This document shows, piece by piece, positions 60,601 to 64,000 of a stretch of 64,000 nucleotides of DNA. The notes below the pieces were generated by a model. That model was given only the letters and a program-made list of their open reading frames with translations. It did no database searches and had not been told where the DNA came from. Each line of letters opens with the position of its first letter. The first letter of the stretch is position 1. The stretch is from Candidatus Hydrogenedentota bacterium (GTDB lineage: Bacteria; Hydrogenedentota; Hydrogenedentia; Hydrogenedentales; SLHB01), in the NCBI GenBank assembly GCA_016215105.1, contig JACRLJ010000056.1:2698-66697 (forward strand). The letters run 5' to 3'. The translations under genes were made by a program, and so were the position numbers.

Positions 60601-62046
60601 GAAGTTTGTGAACGTCGGAAGACTTCCCGATATGAACGGCGCGTAAGCCTGATAGGCCCAGATCGCCCCGGCCTGACGCTGCTCGAGAAAGTCCGCGTAC
60701 CCGTCCAGATTGAAGTCGTCAAAAACTATCGCATCTTGGCGGAAACCATTCGCCGCGCCGCCGATATCCATCGTCACGCTGTTGATAACCGAGTAGTCTC
60801 CCCAAACTGGCTCGTAAGGCGTTCCCTCATTCTCGAAAAGCAATAGTGCTCCATAGACGTTTCCCCCCATACCGGTCGTGAACATATCCAGGTCGCCATC
60901 ACCATCGTAGTCCCAGAACGCCGGCGCGCCTTGCCCAGTCTCGTACGCCACGGTATTTTGCTGGACTATTTCGTAGGCGTGCTGGACATTGTTGAACCGC
61001 CACGTGAGTAACCGTCCGCGAATGGACACATAGAAGTCCGGATTGAACGCGCCAGACCGCACCGCGAAAGACCCGAAAATGCGGCCCAAATTGTCCGGTT
61101 GCGTGTAGGGCCGCGTCCCATCGCCATTGATTTCGGAGTCCCATACCGGAATCGTCGCCCATCCCAAATTACGCACCCAGTCCACCCCGCGCTCGGTGTC
61201 ATAAAACAAAAAGTCCATGTCGCCGTCTTCATCCCAATCCGCGAACTCGAAATCGAACACCCGCGGATCGTACGCGGATTTTTGACGTCTCAGCGCCTGT
61301 TCCTTCGGCGTCAGCCATGGCGTGAACGGCGAGCCCTGTTCGCTCTTGGAAAGCAGGTACCGCGGCGGCATCAGATCGGACAGTTCTGTGATTTGTTCAG
61401 GGGCGCTCCAAACCGGCACCGTATTCGTTCCGATATTCTTCATCTTGTACAGACGGTGACTGCGAACGGAAGTCTCCATGTGGAACTCGATGAAGCACAA
61501 GTCCTTCAGGGCGTCCCCGTCGATATCAACGCAATTGATAGGCCCCAACGAGGTGATGCTCAGCGCGCTCGTGTAGATCGTCACCGGGCTTGCGAACGCC
61601 GGCGAATCTGCCGGCCCCGCGTTCGTGTACAAGACAATCGACGTGTGGCCGGTACCGAAATCGTCTATCCCCACAAGGAAGTCCGGACGTCCGTCACCGT
61701 TCACATCCGCGAAGTCCATATACCGGTTGAAACACTTGCCCGCGCCTGGCGCAGGAATGTTCAAGTCCCGCGGGCCGCCAGGGTAGAACGAGCGGCTGCT
61801 TCCCAGGTTGCGCATGATTTGTGGAGCAGACCGAAAAGCAGGAAGGACAATATCGTTATCGCCGTCCATATCAATATCGACAACAGTTACCCCGGAACTT
61901 CGGAATGCCGGACCGTAAACATACCCATCCCCGTAGATCGTCCTGCCCCAAAGCTCATGCGTGAAATCAGGTGGCGTGACCGCGCCGCTAACCGCCGATA
62001 CCGTCAGCGTTACGACTACGGCCACCCCAAACTCAAGACGTTTCAT
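57652..62046 (-). CDS. Large secreted protein: FG-GAP/VCBS-like repeats, C13/caspase-like (clan CD) peptidase domain, beta-sandwich domains, dockerin-like tail
   Basis: Repeated DxDGDGDxD; LVYLVDHG...IDMCEAGSF His/Cys dyad; PQIDDSGNG; DAWETDN; GDVDGSGHVDAVDVQLVINGALG. Confidence 0.82.
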   Translation of the reverse strand: MKRLEFGVAVVVTLTVSAVSGAVTPPDFTHELWGRTIYGDGYVYGPAFRSSGVTVVDIDMDGDNDIVLPAFRSAPQIMRNLGSSRSFYPGGPRDLNIPAPGAGKCFNRYMDFADVNGDGRPDFLVGIDDFGTGHTSIVLYTNAGPADSPAFASPVTIYTSALSITSLGPINCVDIDGDALKDLCFIEFHMETSVRSHRLYKMKNIGTNTVPVWSAPEQITELSDLMPPRYLLSKSEQGSPFTPWLTPKEQALRRQKSAYDPRVFDFEFADWDEDGDMDFLFYDTERGVDWVRNLGWATIPVWDSEINGDGTRPYTQPDNLGRIFGSFAVRSGAFNPDFYVSIRGRLLTWRFNNVQHAYEIVQQNTVAYETGQGAPAFWDYDGDGDLDMFTTGMGGNVYGALLLFENEGTPYEPVWGDYSVINSVTMDIGGAANGFRQDAIVFDDFNLDGYADFLEQRQAGAIWAYQAYAPFISGSLPTFTNFNADVGSLWSSALAGESGIEPRGLAIGNFSQTAGSPKHQIITAFATASGGRLFFIMQGSSYFSWNTAIDISTLLHDELGQPLELNRIESMAATDLDNDGRPDLVLTLSDAENYLECSQHYYRNTTYIDSYGDEKYYFPYSGRLDAPFNNDKYHARMIAFADVDTDGDDDLFIGHQYYDPAEPDLNLNRYPYLRFYRNGSDTGLNYWQTRVVSGQTWRYYIGGTLPNYQYVLDASGGDLTGGVYTAGPTSQVVDIIQSTNATTNYRIYVEVLPTVGSESKAIILIGGAADDPLYPTFRDLAKTAYSTLLLQGLQKQYIRLFASGTLDANGDGANDVYADRTLAGLQQSIVTWANGSQRLLVYLVDHGQRNRFRINAVDYLEASTYADWVNQLQSSTPNSTVTTVIDMCEAGSFIPHLALLKGMKAAGAQRITITGSGVGPTKGVALFDQVRALSFSLPFWQEIYTGGAYGRAFDTARVAIGSINPLQQPQIDDSGNGIADEANDGLLADSSRAGADFVQPSSGVYIGEVVPNQPISSNTATLWLSDVVSSFPVEAAGALIVPPNLGRAASSTDDEQPLTGLAWVDFTYNDTLKRWQAPYTGFTQGGLYRVQYYVKALGRYYASPRIGAVDRINTPDAWETDNTSDSAKWLPINLSQGHNFHVSGDTDWIRFMAPANNSATIAVLPEGPNCQPRARLYKKSTLDGNPSAAPVRDVTSSNPGQEVEFTQSFGTSEQYLLRITNANNAFGAGTSYLVIIAVGTGGIIPPSLVVSVLQAGTNTPIGGAAVQASGPGSPFNNVTSSDGVAQFVCTNDETYSVTATMTGFQSASQSVVVNNQIETATLFMTPTGTPTATLNLSANQAGVKATIDGTVYDLPQALVLTRNVAHSVSVPQAITGYIWSRWSDGVTSAARSITLTGNLSLTAQYVASGHLGDVDGSGHVDAVDVQLVINGALGLAVAYNTDMNGSGNTDAVDVQLVINAALAG

Positions 62047-62241
62047 AACTGCGCGTAAACCTTCGCCTTGCGGCGTGATCCGTCTGTTCCCATTCCCCGT
62101 GGCCACACGACGGAATCCCCGCGACCCGTCATGGTTCTGACCACAACACATCATTACTCATTATAGCATTGCCCACCTCGCGTTGCGTCCCCGTTCGTGT
62201 GAACTTGCCCCGAGCCATCGAAATGCGTATCCTATGCCCGC

Positions 62242-62856
62242 ATGGGAAAAGATACCGTTCATTTTAAGTGTCACCACTGTAATCATTGTTGTACAGATGT
62301 CGTATGTCTTCCCACGCCCTGGGACGTCATCCGCATCGTGCGGGATACCGGGGCTGACCCCCGCGAGTTCCTGGAGTTCATTACCCCCGACGAAATCGAG
62401 GAGGTCGCTACCAACGATCCCACGTGGTTGCGGTGCAGCGGCCAGAAGTACCTCATGGCGCTTCGGCGCGACGAAAACGGTTGCCATTTCCTCAATAAAG
62501 CTACCCGCTACTGTTCGATTTACGAGTCCCGTCCGCTGCTCTGCCGGCTCTACCCGTTCAAGCTGCTCGAAAGCCGGACCGGCGTATTCAAGGGCTTCGT
62601 CCTGCATGACAAGGTTGGGTGTCCGCGTCACCGGGATGGCGTGTATCAGACCGGACCCTTGTACCAGATTTACCGCGAGGACGATACTCACCAGGACGAC
62701 TACCACCAACTCGTCCAAGTCTTCAACCGCCAACGCCACCTCGGGAAAAAGCCCGAGGACTTCATTTCGCTGTTCATTGAAGGTCTACCCATGGCGAAGA
62801 CCCTGCCGGAATCTGAACTTCCCTCCGCGCCTGAAGCCAAGAGGGCGGCAGGTTAG
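62242..62856 (+). CDS. YkgJ-family (CxxCxxCC) zinc/iron-chelating protein
   Basis: FKCHHCNHCC, CHFL, CSIYESRPLLCRLYPF. Confidence 0.88.
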   Translation: MGKDTVHFKCHHCNHCCTDVVCLPTPWDVIRIVRDTGADPREFLEFITPDEIEEVATNDPTWLRCSGQKYLMALRRDENGCHFLNKATRYCSIYESRPLLCRLYPFKLLESRTGVFKGFVLHDKVGCPRHRDGVYQTGPLYQIYREDDTHQDDYHQLVQVFNRQRHLGKKPEDFISLFIEGLPMAKTLPESELPSAPEAKRAAG

Positions 62857-62947
62857 CTTTTTTGTCCGCAACTTCCACGTTGTTCGCGTAGATGTTGCGG
62901 ACAAAGAAGTCATACCAATGACTCTGCCGTTGCGGCCGGGCCGCCTT
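62854..62947 (+). repeat. Three-hairpin palindromic repeat, copy E
   Basis: Differs from 7125-7218 at 3 positions; TAG is the stop codon of the YkgJ gene. Confidence 0.92.
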
Positions 62948-63448
62948 TGGGCTGAGCCTGCCTCTTTGGACGACTCAACGCCGCTGCCCCGGCACGTAAG
63001 CCGTCTCGATCCTACCGCACGGGCCGGATAAGCCCAATATGCTGTGTGTATGCGAAGCTCGTCTTCTATATATTGATATGTCAGGGTCTATCTTTGGTTG
63101 ACTTCCAGACGCCTCTTTGCTATAGTACCCCCTGCAAAGAGGGAACCTTGGGAACACTCTAGCAAGCGTTGCTGTCAGCGCCATCCTGGCGAAAAGCGTA
63201 CAGTGTACGGGTTGAGGACAAACAGACAACGCCGATGACCATGGGAACGCGGCTCAGCCGCCAGGCCACACCGTTACCGACGGTGGGCCATCTAACCTCG
63301 ATGACCCAATTGCTGCGGAGGAGATACGTCTCCAATTCTTCAGGAGTCACCTATGAAGAAGTGGACTGTAATGCTCATTCCCCACGACAGGGGAAATACG
63401 CGAAGCCTGCATGTGTACTCGTTTCAGGTTTGGTTTGTCGTCTGTGCG

Positions 63449-64000
63449 CTAACTGGACTGAGTTTCACCACCGCCTTTCTCTACCAGCGCCACGTGGTGA
63501 TCGCTCGCGAGGCCAGCGCGCTTAAACAAACCAACCGGCTGCTCGTGCAGGTTAAGGACAAGACATCCGCTCCGGCGGGGCTGTCCGACCAGGAACGGGC
63601 CGACATCGAACGTCAAATCCGGGCTGAATACGAGGCCCGTGACGCCGCAATAACTTCCGAATTGACCGACCTCTACGACGTCGAGGCCCAACTTCGGAAG
63701 ATAAATGTCCTGCCACCCCGCGCTAATTCCATCGTTGCAGGCAGTCTTGCCACCAAGAACAGTGCTTCCAAAGACGCCGAGGGCGGAAAAGGCGGTCCGG
63801 CGGGCGGTGCGCTCTCGGGGTACGTCCTCACGAATGACGCCCTGTATCGCCCTCCTCACTTGATCTACGGAATGCGCAGACCGACTGCCGATATGATCAT
63901 CCAAGAGATAAAAATGCGAAAATATAGCTTGGCTGACCTGCTCACCTCGGTACTCGCTCAACGCGACCAGTTGGCCCGCATGCCGGCCCTTTGGCCCTCG
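63449..64000 (-). CDS. Possible hypothetical protein, open to the window edge
   Basis: Frame is open from 64000 to the stop at 63449; no recognisable motif. Confidence 0.3.
   Translation of the reverse strand, partial: RGPKGRHAGQLVALSEYRGEQVSQAIFSHFYLLDDHIGSRSAHSVDQVRRAIQGVIREDVPRERTARRTAFSALGVFGSTVLGGKTACNDGISAGWQDIYLPKLGLDVVEVGQFGSYCGVTGLVFSPDLTFDVGPFLVGQPRRSGCLVLNLHEQPVGLFKRAGLASDHHVALVEKGGGETQSS

Noticed and set aside
703..62947. The 94-bp repeats as integron attC sites or CRISPR repeats
   Set aside because: No RYYYAAC/GTTRRRY ends, no integrase, flanking genes are not cassette-like, and copies are dispersed rather than regularly spaced
63159..63350. 63-aa minus-strand ORF in the lower-GC terminal region
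   Set aside because: No recognisable motif; cannot be distinguished from a chance ORF

Overview
GC-rich bacterial chromosomal window. The C-terminal 'DVNGxxxVNAVDVQLVINxALG' dockerin-like tails, PEP-CTERM protein and Tat-exported enzymes suggest Candidatus Hydrogenedentes or a similar lineage (inference only). It contains a type II secretion cluster (gspE-F-G-H-I-J-K-L-M-C-D, minus strand, 25358-38620) and the 3' end of a second GspE/PilB ATPase. There are three very large secreted proteins with dockerin-like tails, two ECF sigma/anti-sigma pairs, a heptaheme lipoprotein cytochrome c, a DUF4258/HTH toxin-antitoxin-like pair, tRNA-Ala(GGC), nucleotide-sugar genes, leuB, rsmA and other housekeeping genes. 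The most notable items are missed or mis-started by the ORF track. (1) Four 50-58 aa peptide genes share a basic [LVI][ST]-x3-4-P-x-x-A leader and have divergent, mostly amphipathic cores; three are arrayed downstream of an ECF/zinc anti-sigma pair and one lies behind a C13-peptidase surface protein. (2) A five-copy 83-94 bp three-hairpin repeat always begins with a stop triplet, and four copies sit at gene ends. (3) An IstB-like ATPase is fused to a membrane domain with no IstA partner. (4) The secretin has about six N1-type domains. Three genes carry apparent short deletion frameshifts that may be assembly errors.
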